A DNA stretch of 64,000 nucleotides from the NCBI GenBank assembly GCA_002715965.1, contig PBAL01000099.1:65749-129748 (forward strand), given 5' to 3'. This document shows positions 30,734 to 40,689 of the stretch, piece after piece. Under the pieces are notes generated by a model, which was not told the origin of the DNA, did no database searches, and saw only the letters and a list, made by a program, of their open reading frames with translations. The DNA comes from Verrucomicrobiales bacterium. GTDB taxonomy: Bacteria; Verrucomicrobiota; Verrucomicrobiia; Limisphaerales; JAYPXF01. Each line of letters starts with the position of its first letter. Within the stretch, counting starts at the first letter, position 1. The position numbers were made by a program, and so were the translations under genes.

Positions 30734-31840
30734 ATGAGACCGGCGCGTTACTCCGTATTTCTAATAATCCTTTTCGCTGCGTTTTCCTTCGCGGACAGCG
30801 TCCGTGCTTGCTCCGTCCCGGTCTTTCGATACGCGCTGGAGCACTGGACGCCAGATGCCTACGAGGCACTGGTCTTTCATCGGGGTGAACTCGATGCGGA
30901 TTCACAGGCTCTCATCAAACGATTGACCCGCGAGGAGAGCGGAACGCGTGCCAATGTGTCGGTGATGACGATCGATCTCGCCGGCGACCAGGCTGCGAAG
31001 TGGCAACCGGTCTGGAAAAGCTTCAAGGCGGACAAGTTGCCATGGATTGCGGTTCGGCCCGCGCCGCGAACCGGCATCACCACCCTATTGACGTCCGAGG
31101 CGTTGACCGAAGGCCTCGTTGATCACCTGCTCGACTCACCTGCTCGGCGGGACTACCGCGCCCGATTGGCCGCTGGCGACAGTGCGGTTTGGATTCTAGT
31201 GGAGAGCGGAAACGCGGAGGCGGACAACGCAGCTGCCACCGCATTGGATCAACGCATCAATTACCTTAATTCCGTGCTCAAGGTGCCCGAACTCAGTGAC
31301 GAGGATGTCGCCAACGGTCTGGTTTCCATTTCATCAGATGATTTGAAGCTGCAATTCTCCACGCTCCGTGTTTCCCGTGCAGATGCGGCCGAGCGACTGT
31401 TCGTGAAGATGCTGCTCGGCGTGGAAAGCGACCTCGGCGAGCTGAACGATCCGATGGTTTTTCCCGTGTTCGGTCAAGGGCGCGCCCTCTATGCATTGGT
31501 TGGTGCCGGCATCAACGACGAGACCATCGACATGGCCGGGATCTTTTTGAGCGGCAAATGTTCCTGTGAGGTGAAGGAAGAGAACCCCGGCCTGGATCTG
31601 CTGATGACCGCGAATTGGAAGCAGATTTCCAAACTGCCCGGCAAGAGAGACCAACGACCTGCTCAATCTGATTCCAAACCACAGAACAGCGGGGCGCCCG
31701 AAATGGTGAAAATCAGTGCGGTTGAATCGGAGGAATTGGAGGATGAAGTCGGGGAAGTCCAAGGAACAGGAAGACGCTTTGGAATTGTTCCCTTCATCCT
31801 GCTGTTCGCCAGCTTGGTTTTTGTTTTTCGGAAGGCCTAA
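30734..31840 (+). CDS. Exported hypothetical protein with C-terminal membrane anchor
   Basis: Signal peptide then CSVPVFRYALEHW, PVFGQGRAL, GKCSCEVKEENPGLDLL, C-terminal TM + RK. Confidence 0.8.
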   Translation: MRPARYSVFLIILFAAFSFADSVRACSVPVFRYALEHWTPDAYEALVFHRGELDADSQALIKRLTREESGTRANVSVMTIDLAGDQAAKWQPVWKSFKADKLPWIAVRPAPRTGITTLLTSEALTEGLVDHLLDSPARRDYRARLAAGDSAVWILVESGNAEADNAAATALDQRINYLNSVLKVPELSDEDVANGLVSISSDDLKLQFSTLRVSRADAAERLFVKMLLGVESDLGELNDPMVFPVFGQGRALYALVGAGINDETIDMAGIFLSGKCSCEVKEENPGLDLLMTANWKQISKLPGKRDQRPAQSDSKPQNSGAPEMVKISAVESEELEDEVGEVQGTGRRFGIVPFILLFASLVFVFRKA

Positions 31841-32682
31841 CGCGTCTCCTCGTCCACCAGCTCCCACCAATCTGCGTGCAGTTCGCGCGTGAGCTCGTGA
31901 ATGGGGACAATCATCTGATCCACCCGTCCAATCTCGATGATGCCCATCGATGATACACTGAGGAACGCGCCGTCTGCGCTGGCCAGGTTCTGCAATGTTC
32001 CATCCTCTTCCGCGATCTGCCGGTCGTGTCGATCGCAGAGGCGCAGCACGATGTCGCGCGTGATCCCAGGGAGCGCACCCGCTGAGGCAGGAGGTGTGCA
32101 AACTGTATTGCCGTCGATCCAGAAAAGGTTGGCACAGGTCGCTTCGACCAGGTTTTCAGCCAAGTTGAGGAAGAGAGCGTCGTCGTATCCCAGTTGCTCC
32201 GCTTCTGCTTTCGCCAGAACGTTGTGCAGGCGATTGGAAGTTTTGTGACCAAGTATTGGATCTTCCTGATTCAGGCGGATCGAACTGGTGTGCAAACGCC
32301 AGGGAATTGGATGTCCCGGAATGATCTCCGGTGCTTCCGAAAGAGAAACGACGAAGGTCGGTGAATCCGCTCCACTCGGTGAATACCCCCTCTTTCCAAC
32401 TCCTCTGGACAAGGCGATACGCGCCATGGCGTCGCGCAGGTCGCACTCGGCCACGAGTTCGTCGAGCTGATCTTCCAACTGGCTTTCGGTAAACGGAAGT
32501 TTGATTCCCAGGAACTCCGCCCCGGCCTGCAATCGTGCATAGTGCGACTTTGCCCGGAACGGTGCTCCGTTTCGAACCCTCAAGGTCTCGAACAATCCAT
32601 CCCCATAGCAAAACCCGCGATCCGCCACGGAGACCGTCGCTTCCTCGTCCGAACACAATTTACCGTTCAGAATTACCGGCAC
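31837..32682 (-). CDS. Aminotransferase class IV (aminodeoxychorismate lyase / BCAT-like)
   Basis: DRGFCYGDGLFET, HKT, EATCANLF, LPGITR. Confidence 0.93.
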   Translation of the reverse strand: MPVILNGKLCSDEEATVSVADRGFCYGDGLFETLRVRNGAPFRAKSHYARLQAGAEFLGIKLPFTESQLEDQLDELVAECDLRDAMARIALSRGVGKRGYSPSGADSPTFVVSLSEAPEIIPGHPIPWRLHTSSIRLNQEDPILGHKTSNRLHNVLAKAEAEQLGYDDALFLNLAENLVEATCANLFWIDGNTVCTPPASAGALPGITRDIVLRLCDRHDRQIAEEDGTLQNLASADGAFLSVSSMGIIEIGRVDQMIVPIHELTRELHADWWELVDEETR

Positions 32683-32812
32683 GGCGGAGGTGTAGCAGGG
32701 AGCGGGAAAGCATCAAGCTTCGATCTTCCCAAGCTGCGTCCATCACCTGGCCCTCTCACACACAACCTTGCCTGTGCCGCATGTTTGTGGCATCCCTCGC
32801 TGCGTTCATCAT

Positions 32813-32953
32813 GCTTGGCGCGTGGGCACCGCAATCGGCTATCGCTTCACGCGGCACATCCAGGCCAAGGCGCAATACAGCTACAACCACCAGTCCGGCG
32901 CGTTCCAACAGGGGGAACAACTCCTTGCAGGTCAGTTGACCCTGCGATTCTGA
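32813..32953 (+). pseudogene. Orphan C-terminus of an outer-membrane beta-barrel protein
   Basis: AWRVGTAIGYRFTRHIQAKAQYSY...QLLAGQLTLRF-stop: alternating beta strands with a terminal Phe and no upstream coding part. Confidence 0.6.
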
Positions 32954-33646
32954 TCAGAGGGTCTTGATGAAATCGTCCGCGCTCTTGATGGACGCGTTCA
33001 TGTCATCGATGAGCTTGCCGATCTCACCCTGAATGTTCAGGGCCTCACCCTTTAGTGACGCGATTGCCGCGGCATTCAGGTTGTGTTTGAGGAAGGTGAC
33101 GTGCTCTTTGAATTTCTGCAGCACCGGCCCCATGCTTGTCTCCGCTTTCTTCAAGGAGCTCACCATGGTTTGGTAACGCCCGCGGGTATCAACCAGGAGT
33201 TTCTTGCTCTTGACCTTGAGGGACATGGTCTTGATTTCCTCAAGCTCCGATTCCCATTCCTTGAACAGATCATTGGCGACGGTCTCCACGGATTCGATCC
33301 TGTCCTTCACGGTTGCCGCGGTCTCGGCTGCTGATTCGTACTTGGAATTCAATTCCTTGTATTGCTTGCCCAGTTCACCGCCGTCGTAGGAATAGATCTC
33401 GCGGAGTTTCGTCAGCGCGTCCTTGAACTCCTCGCCCGTTTCCTTCTGTTCGTCACGCGCCTGGGTGACCTTCTTCTTCAGGATGTCGCGCTTGTGGACG
33501 CCAAAGGTGCCGACCGTCGCGTAGTAAGCGGAACGGTAAGCCGAGGAAGCAGCATCACTGACCGTCTGACAACCGGTTTGCGACACCACAATGCTGGAAA
33601 GAACTGCTATAAGGAAAAGTTGTCGGAGGGCGTGCGAAACGCGCAT
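32954..33646 (-). CDS. DUF2959 family lipoprotein
   Basis: Lipobox QTGC, GVHKRDIL, LFKEWESEL, FLKHNLNAAAIASL. Confidence 0.9.
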   Translation of the reverse strand: MRVSHALRQLFLIAVLSSIVVSQTGCQTVSDAASSAYRSAYYATVGTFGVHKRDILKKKVTQARDEQKETGEEFKDALTKLREIYSYDGGELGKQYKELNSKYESAAETAATVKDRIESVETVANDLFKEWESELEEIKTMSLKVKSKKLLVDTRGRYQTMVSSLKKAETSMGPVLQKFKEHVTFLKHNLNAAAIASLKGEALNIQGEIGKLIDDMNASIKSADDFIKTL

Positions 33647-33745
33647 GGCCGGATCATTGAAGAATTCCAGCGCAGGTCAAATAAAACCCGGTGAACGAGA
33701 ATCGATTCACGGTTTCACAAGACTGCATCCTCAGTTTTTCGTGAT

Positions 33746-34642
33746 CTATTCGACGCAGCGGATCACTCCCGATCCAACTTCCGCACACTCTCCACCGACG
33801 AATACGCCGGTGATCGTATCGCCTTTGCCCTCGATGCGCACATCGATTCGGCTGGGCCGACCGAGTTCCAACCCTTGCTCGCTGACCAGCCGTCCGCCCT
33901 CCAGCAATCCGTGCTTGAAAAAATAACTGCCGAGCGGTCCGTGCGCGCTGCCGGTGGCCGGATCTTCCGGAACTCCAAATCGTGGCGCGAACATGCGGCA
34001 ATGCACATCGGCACCTGAAGAGGGATCGCGTGAAAACACAAACGCCTCCCGGCAATCGAGTTCCGCGCAGGCATCGTCAAGAACGTCCGTGCGGATGGCA
34101 GCTCGAGCCACCGCCTCTTCCGAGGTTACGGGAACGAGCATGTAGGGCACGCCACAGGAAACGATCTCCACGGGCAAATCAGGGTCCAGATCGGACGTCT
34201 CCAGCGAGACAGCTTTCGCTGCGATGTTGCGATCCAACTCCCGAACGAATTCCGGAAGCGGCTGGCACATCGTCAGCCCGGTGGGTGGGTTCGTCCCGTA
34301 TGTGAAGTCAACGCGCACCGGCCCAACGCCTTCATCGAACATCAGAAACCGATCGTTCCGTGGCGCCAACACGTTGTGCCGCAGGATTACGCAAGCCGTT
34401 CCGATGGTGGGATGACCCGCCATCGGAAGTTCTCGCTGCGGGGTGAAGATGCGAACCGTGCAATCGCCCTGTGCTGATGTCGGTGCGCAAACGAAGGTGG
34501 TCTCCGATAGATTCAACTCGTTGGCAATGTTCTGCATCAATTCGGTCGACAAACCATCGCCTTCTGGAAAGACAGCCAGCGGATTGCCTCCGAAGGGCCG
34601 ATCTGTGAAGACATCCACTATGAAGTAATTCAGTTCCTTCAT
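33746..34642 (-). CDS. PhzF family isomerase/epimerase
   Basis: VDVFTDRPFGGNPLAV, LSETTF, ELPMAGHPTIG, EDPATGSA. Confidence 0.95.
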   Translation of the reverse strand: MKELNYFIVDVFTDRPFGGNPLAVFPEGDGLSTELMQNIANELNLSETTFVCAPTSAQGDCTVRIFTPQRELPMAGHPTIGTACVILRHNVLAPRNDRFLMFDEGVGPVRVDFTYGTNPPTGLTMCQPLPEFVRELDRNIAAKAVSLETSDLDPDLPVEIVSCGVPYMLVPVTSEEAVARAAIRTDVLDDACAELDCREAFVFSRDPSSGADVHCRMFAPRFGVPEDPATGSAHGPLGSYFFKHGLLEGGRLVSEQGLELGRPSRIDVRIEGKGDTITGVFVGGECAEVGSGVIRCVE

Positions 34643-34693
34643 GCCCCGCCCGTTTTCCGCGACCGGCGCGGCTCGTGCAAGCGTTGGGTTCGA

Positions 34694-36049
34694 CTAGGAC
34701 AGGATTTCGTGAACGACGTTTCCGTGCACATCTGTGAGACGGAAGTTTCGGCCGGCGTGGCGGTAGGTGAGGGCTTCGTGATCGATGCCGATCAGATGGA
34801 GAATGGTCGCCTGCAGGTCATGCACCCCGATGATGTTTTCAGCAGGCTTGTCGCCCAGTTCATCGCTGGAACCGTGGACGATGCCTCCCTTGATGCCCGC
34901 GCCGGCAATCCAGGAGCTGAATACACGCGAGTGATGGCCACGACCGGTGACGTTGGGATTCTGTTGATAGGGTGTGCGTCCGAATTCGGTTGCGAAGACG
35001 ATGAGCGTGTCTTCGAAGAGGCCACGTTGTTTCAAATCCTTCAACAGGCCGGCGATGGGTTTGTCGACGTTGCGTGAAAGCTGATTGTACTTGGACATGT
35101 TCGCGTGTGTGTCCCAGTTCGTGTCGATGTGTGTATCGCCATCGATGAGTTCGATGAATCGTACACCGCGTTCGGCCAGGCGCCGGGCGACCAGGCACTG
35201 CCAGCCGAAGCCCTTCGTGTCGCCCCGCTTGAGATCGTAGAGATCGTGAGTGGCATCGGTTTCATAACGGAGGTCAAAGGCTTCAGGCGCGGCGGTTTGC
35301 ATGCCGTAGGCCGTTTCGAAAGATTTGATGCGGGCCTTGAGATGGGTGTCGGATTCGCGCCCTTTCAAGTGTTGGCGGTTGAAGAACTTCAGGAGACCGA
35401 GTTCCTCATCCTGTTCCGAACGCGTAGGCAATCGGCGATGCATGTTCTTGATCGGTTCCTCGCCGGGAATGACCCGCGTGCCCTGATGAACAACAGGTAG
35501 GAAATCCGAGCCCCAGACCTGGCCGCCCGCATAAGGCAGTCCGGGAGAGATGACCATGAAGGCCGGCAGGTCCTTGTTCTCGGTCCCAAGTCCGTAACTG
35601 ATCCAGGAACCGATGCTTGGACGATTAAAGGTGTCCGAGCCGGTGTGCAGGCCGATCGTTGCACCGAAGTGATCGGCGTTGATGTTCTGCATGCCGTTCA
35701 GCATGCAGATGTCGTCCATCATCGAACCGATATGTGGAAACAGGTCGCTGACCTCCGTGCCGCATTGTCCGTACGGTCGAAACTCCCAACCCGCGCCCTT
35801 GTAGTAACGACGATTCTTGATCTTCTTGTTGTGCCGCGCATTGAGCACGGGCTTGTGATCGAAGGTATCCACATGGCTGATCCCGCCGTTCATGAACATG
35901 AAAATCACGCGCTTGGCCTTGGCTGGATACTGGAAGGGCTTCGGTGACAGAGGATCGGAATCGGCCGCGAGCAATTCGCTCAGCATGCCGGGCAGGAGAA
36001 GGCCGCTTCCGGCAAGGGATTGGATGACGTGTCGGCGGTTGGTTTTCAT
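34694..36049 (-). CDS. DUF1501 domain protein
   Basis: NRRHVI signal, FMNGGISHVDTFDHKP, ARRLAERGVRF, WDTH, EFGRTP. Confidence 0.95.
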   Translation of the reverse strand: MKTNRRHVIQSLAGSGLLLPGMLSELLAADSDPLSPKPFQYPAKAKRVIFMFMNGGISHVDTFDHKPVLNARHNKKIKNRRYYKGAGWEFRPYGQCGTEVSDLFPHIGSMMDDICMLNGMQNINADHFGATIGLHTGSDTFNRPSIGSWISYGLGTENKDLPAFMVISPGLPYAGGQVWGSDFLPVVHQGTRVIPGEEPIKNMHRRLPTRSEQDEELGLLKFFNRQHLKGRESDTHLKARIKSFETAYGMQTAAPEAFDLRYETDATHDLYDLKRGDTKGFGWQCLVARRLAERGVRFIELIDGDTHIDTNWDTHANMSKYNQLSRNVDKPIAGLLKDLKQRGLFEDTLIVFATEFGRTPYQQNPNVTGRGHHSRVFSSWIAGAGIKGGIVHGSSDELGDKPAENIIGVHDLQATILHLIGIDHEALTYRHAGRNFRLTDVHGNVVHEILS

Positions 36050-36058
36050 GGTTCGAAA

Positions 36059-38386
36059 TCAATCCACATAGATGAATTCATTGCTCGCCAGCATCGCGCG
36101 AACGAAGCTCGGCCAGGCGGGATTTCGTGATTTGGCGAAATCGAGTTCCGCATTGGTTGGCGGGCGATTGAAGATGGTTTGGTAGAGCCAGTTCACCACT
36201 TCGGCTGGCTCGTCGGAGACTGCGCTCGCCCGTTTCGCAATGGCCTCGACCTGTTCGTGAACAAAATGCGAGTTCATGAAGTAGAGGGCCTGCAGGGTGG
36301 TGGTGGATTCACGGCGCTTCCCGAAGTGCAGGTTGCCGTCCGGTCCATCGAAGAGGTCGAGGTAAGGGTTCTTTTGAATGCGTTGCTGCATCTGGTAAAC
36401 GCTGCGCCTGTTCGAAGTGTATTTCTCCTGGAACGGTTCGTGTTGACGATAGAAGTAGGTGAGGTGATGAGGAAAGGGATGGCGGCCGCCGGGTGTGAGA
36501 TCAAGTTGGCCGGTGAAGGAGAGGATCGAATCACGCAACTGTTCCGCGTCGAGGCGTTGACGGTTCGACCGCCAGTGCAGTTTGTTGTCCGGATCTTCGG
36601 AGAGATTTGCGGTGACTTCAGTGTTCGCGAGTTGATAGGCCTTGGAAGACAAAATCAGCCGGTGCATTTCCTTGATCGACCATCCGTGCTCGACAAAGTG
36701 TGCAGCGAGGTAGTCGAGAAGTTCGGGATGTGTTGGCGCAGTTCCACGAACGCCGAAGTCGCTCGTTGAATCCACCAGTCCGCGTCCGAAGTGATGGTGC
36801 CAGATGCGATTGACCATGACGCGGGCGGTCAGCGGATTCGCAGGATCGGTTAGCCAGTCCGCCAGTTCGCGCCGGCCACTACCCATGGCATTTTCGGGCA
36901 GCTTCTGCCCGCCCAGGATTTGAAGGAATCCGCGCCGAACGATTTCGCCACGGGAACTTCTTCTGTGGTCGCCCTGCTTCATCACATGGGCGTCTTCGGA
37001 GTTTCCTTCGGACGCAGCAAACGCAATCTCCAGTTCCGGAAAGGTCGCGGCAACAGCTGCGCGATTTGCTCGGATGACCTGCAGTTCGGCCCAGGTGGAT
37101 TCGCGGGTCTTGGCTTCTTTCACCTCCTTCGTTTGGAATGACTTGTACTCAAAGAACTTGTCGCGTTCGCGTTTGTCCCACGAAGCGAGCTTGGCGCGAT
37201 GAGGTTTTAGCAGTTCATTCGCTTTGGTCTTTCCGACGCGATAGACGAAGTCCTCGCGATAGGGTTTGTGCTCGGCGCCCGCGTGTGGGTAGACCGTGCT
37301 GTTGAAGATGCCGTATAGCGCATAGTAATCGGCGGTCGGTATTGGATCGAATTTGTGATCGTGGCAACGCGCGCAGCCGACGCTCAGCCCAAGGAAGGTC
37401 TTGCCCACGTTGTTGATCGTGTCTTCCAGGGTGATGTGGCGCATTCCGTGCGGGCTTACGCCGATCCGGCGCGAGATGGCGAGATAGCCGGTCGCAATTG
37501 TCTGTTCCCAACGTCCGTCATCGTCCTTGGCCGGCAAAAGGTCGCCGGCGATCTGTTCGCGTACGAACTGGTCGTAAGGCTTGTCGCTGTTGAAGGCGTT
37601 GATGACGTAGTTGCGATACTTGAAAGCTTCGGGAACCGGGAAGTCCGCAGCATCCCCCGCGGTGTCGGCATAGCGGACGAGATCCAGCCAATGACGTCCC
37701 CAGCGTTCACCGTACTGCTGTGAGGCAAGCAGGCGTTCGTAAAGCTTGCGCCAGGCATCCGGAGATCGGTCCGACAGGAATCGGTCGATCTGTTTCGTGG
37801 ACGGAGGCAACCCGGTGAGATTGAAGGTGGCTCGACGAATCAAAGCAAGCCTGCTGGCGCGCTCGACCGGTTCCAAACCACGTTTGCTCATCGCCGAGTG
37901 AATGAATGCATCGATCGGGTGCGACCAGTCCTTTGGTGCGTCCGGTAGCGCTGGTTTTTGCACGGGCTGAAAGGACCAGTGATTGCGTTGCGCCTCGGTG
38001 ATCGCTCCGGAGGCAAACGCGATTTCAGCATCGCTCGTCCAATGCGCGCCCTCTCGGATCCAGCGCGTCAGGTTGGCGATGACGTGATTCGGCAGGAGCG
38101 ATTTGGGTGGCATGGACAGTTCCCGATCGCGATGCGAGATCGCTCGAATCAAACGGCTCTGTTCTGGTTTGCCGGGAATGATCGCAGCCCCGCTTTCTCC
38201 GCCCTTCAGTGCTGCCGCCAGTGAATTGAGTTTGAGTCCGCCCTTTGCCTTGTGCCCATGGCATTCGAAACAATGGGTCGCGAGGATGGGACGGATCTTG
38301 GATTCGAAGAACTCTGTTCGTTCATCCGCCGGGCAGAAACCGGATAGACCCAGCAAGCTGAGGATGATTGAGAGCCGGAGAAACAC
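36059..38386 (-). CDS. Planctomycete cytochrome C + DUF1549 + DUF1553 protein
   Basis: FFESKIRP..CFECH, HWSF, YGERWGRHWLD, CARCHDHKFDP, ASNEFIYVD. Confidence 0.95.
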   Translation of the reverse strand: MFLRLSIILSLLGLSGFCPADERTEFFESKIRPILATHCFECHGHKAKGGLKLNSLAAALKGGESGAAIIPGKPEQSRLIRAISHRDRELSMPPKSLLPNHVIANLTRWIREGAHWTSDAEIAFASGAITEAQRNHWSFQPVQKPALPDAPKDWSHPIDAFIHSAMSKRGLEPVERASRLALIRRATFNLTGLPPSTKQIDRFLSDRSPDAWRKLYERLLASQQYGERWGRHWLDLVRYADTAGDAADFPVPEAFKYRNYVINAFNSDKPYDQFVREQIAGDLLPAKDDDGRWEQTIATGYLAISRRIGVSPHGMRHITLEDTINNVGKTFLGLSVGCARCHDHKFDPIPTADYYALYGIFNSTVYPHAGAEHKPYREDFVYRVGKTKANELLKPHRAKLASWDKRERDKFFEYKSFQTKEVKEAKTRESTWAELQVIRANRAAVAATFPELEIAFAASEGNSEDAHVMKQGDHRRSSRGEIVRRGFLQILGGQKLPENAMGSGRRELADWLTDPANPLTARVMVNRIWHHHFGRGLVDSTSDFGVRGTAPTHPELLDYLAAHFVEHGWSIKEMHRLILSSKAYQLANTEVTANLSEDPDNKLHWRSNRQRLDAEQLRDSILSFTGQLDLTPGGRHPFPHHLTYFYRQHEPFQEKYTSNRRSVYQMQQRIQKNPYLDLFDGPDGNLHFGKRRESTTTLQALYFMNSHFVHEQVEAIAKRASAVSDEPAEVVNWLYQTIFNRPPTNAELDFAKSRNPAWPSFVRAMLASNEFIYVD

Positions 38387-38471
38387 TTCGCGGATGATAT
38401 CTCATTCCCCACCGCCATCAAGCGCGTCGATGATCCGCGGTAAGGAGCGTGCGTGATTGAATGGTGGCAAC

Positions 38472-38626
38472 CGGCAACAGAGACCGCAACTGAAACCGAG
38501 AGTCTTCTCACTCACCCTCAATCCCACTCCCGCTGGGAGATGGAAGTTGTGCTGTCGCCATGCATGACCATTTGCTGGATGAAAGCGGGGCTGAGGGAGA
38601 ACGCATCAAAAACCGTTTGATCTGAC
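38472..38626. repeat. REP-like composite element (family A arm reversed + second arm)
   Basis: 38493-38558 matches 2114-2179 (inverted). gggagaacgcatcaaaaaccgtttgatc (~38595-38622) matches ~49192-49219. Confidence 0.8.
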
Positions 38627-38710
38627 TACCATCAATCACACACGCAAGGATCAGATGGCTGCCTTACTCAGGACGAACGAGCGTGTGAGTCCCTCCACAT
38701 TGATCGCTAG

Positions 38711-40687
38711 CTAGCGCAGGTCGTCTTTGGCGCGGGCCGTGACCTTGGCCTGGGCGGCCGCCTTGTTGCGGCTGTAAGTGGCGACCTGGTTCTTCAGGTA
38801 GTCGCGACGTCGGCGGGTGGAATCGGCCGTGCTCTTCTTGCGATCGCGATCAGATTTGATGCGGTAGAGGTCGCGCTTGAGATTGTCGGAATTGCGCTTG
38901 GCTTGATCGCGTTTGGACTTGGCCTGGCGTTCTTCGTTCTCGCGCTTCTTGTTCAGTTCATCCGCGGCCTTCCTGTCCTTTTCGGCCCTGGTCAGCTTTG
39001 CCTTCCAGGTGGCCTTGTCCTTGTCGCTGAACTTGGATTGGTATCGGTTCCAGTGGCTTTGCACGGATTTAAGTGCGCTGGCGAATCGGCGCGCGTCCGA
39101 ATCGGCGCGGCTGGCGTAGGTTTTTGCCCTGCGATAGTCGCGATCGGAGTTCGTGTAGGCGGAGGTGGACTTCCGGTATTCGCTCTCCTTCTTGGTGTAG
39201 CTGGTCTTGGCTTCGTCGTAGGCCTTCTGTGCCTTGGCATAGGTATCTTCGGCCGCCTTCAGTTGTCCCTCGTAATCTTCCAGCTTGGCTTTCGCGGCCC
39301 GGAGCGCTGCGTCTTCACTGTTCATCTTCGAACGTTCCCGGCTTTGGTCGCGCGCGCGTTTGTCCTTCTCCCTCGCCGCGAGCTTCAGGAGGTTCTCGGC
39401 TTTGCGCCGTTCGTCTTTGGGCGCCTGGACGGATTTCTTGGCGTGAATGGAATCGGGACCGAGATTCACGCTCGTCGGGTAAAGCTCCTCGCCCTTGCCC
39501 ATGCTGATGATGTGGATCTGGTCGAGGGGAATGCGCAGTGATTCCAACACGGAGCTGGAAAGATTCAGGCTGTCTTCGGTGAATTCCACCTTGTCCGCGA
39601 GCAGGACCGATCCGTTGAGCAGCTGGACTCGGAAGGCGGAAGGCTCGGCCTTGGGAATGCGCAATTGCAGGGCCATGGTTTCATACTTGGTGTCCAGGGT
39701 CTGGTAGCCGAAGAGCAATGAGCTGAGCTTCAGGTTTCCCTTTTCCAGGCTCTTGAAATCGCCGTCCACGAAGTCGCCACCAACCATCAACGCGCCGAGC
39801 CGTGAGGGGCGGACTTTGACCGCGGTATGAAGCGGGATGTCGCGGAACACGACACGCGCGACGTTCAGGGTGGAGATCGAGAGATCCTTGAAGGGGCTTT
39901 CGAGAATCATCGCGGTGTCGTTTGCGCGATTGACCCTGGCCGCAAGGTAGGATCCGTCGCGGAGGATCACACCGTTCTTCAATCCGGTCTGTGCGATGTC
40001 CGGGCCGCGGTAGGTGGCCTGGGCATCGTTCGGCGGCCGGAGGTCCAGCTTGGATAGATCCTGGCGCTTGTGCTCGGGGCCATCCCACTCAAGTTCGATG
40101 ACCGCCTCGCCGGTGGATTCGAAATACTCCACGAGAATTTTGTGTGGCTTGCCCTTGTCGAGTTTGATCACGCCCTTGTTCTCGATGACGCTGTGGTTGG
40201 TCCAGTTGTCGATGATGCGCTTGTCGTTGATGCTCACCCGCACGCCGTCGTCCGAGTCGGTGAAGAATGTGTGTTCGCCGGTGTGTGGCACTTCGAAGGT
40301 TCCTTCCCAGCGGATGCTGAAGTGATCCTCGCGCCAGCCCTTGAACGGCCCGCCCCCGCCGAATTGAAAGTCGATCCCCTTGTCGATGCGCGTGCGGCGC
40401 GGACCATCCAGGTTGGTCCGCTCGAAGTAGGTGCCCAACAAGCCGGCACCGGACTTGAGACGTTTTCGAAAACTCTCCGACCAGATGGCGTCGCTCGCCT
40501 GGATCTCGATGGAACGATTCGAGCCGGGAATGACGATCTCGGATTTGCCGTCACTCGTGAGCTGAAGTCCCTTGCCGGCAACGAATTTGAGCGCGCCTTC
40601 GATCTTGGAGCCGTCGGTGCGGGTGACGATACCGGCCTGGACGGACAAGCCGGAAAGAACGAACAGGACAGACAGGAGGCGATGCAT
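38711..40687 (-). CDS. Exported PA14-domain protein with charged C-terminal coiled coil
   Basis: Signal peptide, GLLGTYF..FSIRWEG..TDSDDGVRV..VEYFE (PA14), repeated V.L.DGS beta modules, ~230 aa K/R/A/D-rich tail. Start at ATG 40687. Confidence 0.88.
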   Translation of the reverse strand: MHRLLSVLFVLSGLSVQAGIVTRTDGSKIEGALKFVAGKGLQLTSDGKSEIVIPGSNRSIEIQASDAIWSESFRKRLKSGAGLLGTYFERTNLDGPRRTRIDKGIDFQFGGGGPFKGWREDHFSIRWEGTFEVPHTGEHTFFTDSDDGVRVSINDKRIIDNWTNHSVIENKGVIKLDKGKPHKILVEYFESTGEAVIELEWDGPEHKRQDLSKLDLRPPNDAQATYRGPDIAQTGLKNGVILRDGSYLAARVNRANDTAMILESPFKDLSISTLNVARVVFRDIPLHTAVKVRPSRLGALMVGGDFVDGDFKSLEKGNLKLSSLLFGYQTLDTKYETMALQLRIPKAEPSAFRVQLLNGSVLLADKVEFTEDSLNLSSSVLESLRIPLDQIHIISMGKGEELYPTSVNLGPDSIHAKKSVQAPKDERRKAENLLKLAAREKDKRARDQSRERSKMNSEDAALRAAKAKLEDYEGQLKAAEDTYAKAQKAYDEAKTSYTKKESEYRKSTSAYTNSDRDYRRAKTYASRADSDARRFASALKSVQSHWNRYQSKFSDKDKATWKAKLTRAEKDRKAADELNKKRENEERQAKSKRDQAKRNSDNLKRDLYRIKSDRDRKKSTADSTRRRRDYLKNQVATYSRNKAAAQAKVTARAKDDLR

Positions 40688-40689
40688 GG

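Noticed and set aside
33746..34642. Phenazine biosynthesis cluster
   Set aside because: A lone PhzF-family gene with no phzA/B/D/E/G neighbours.
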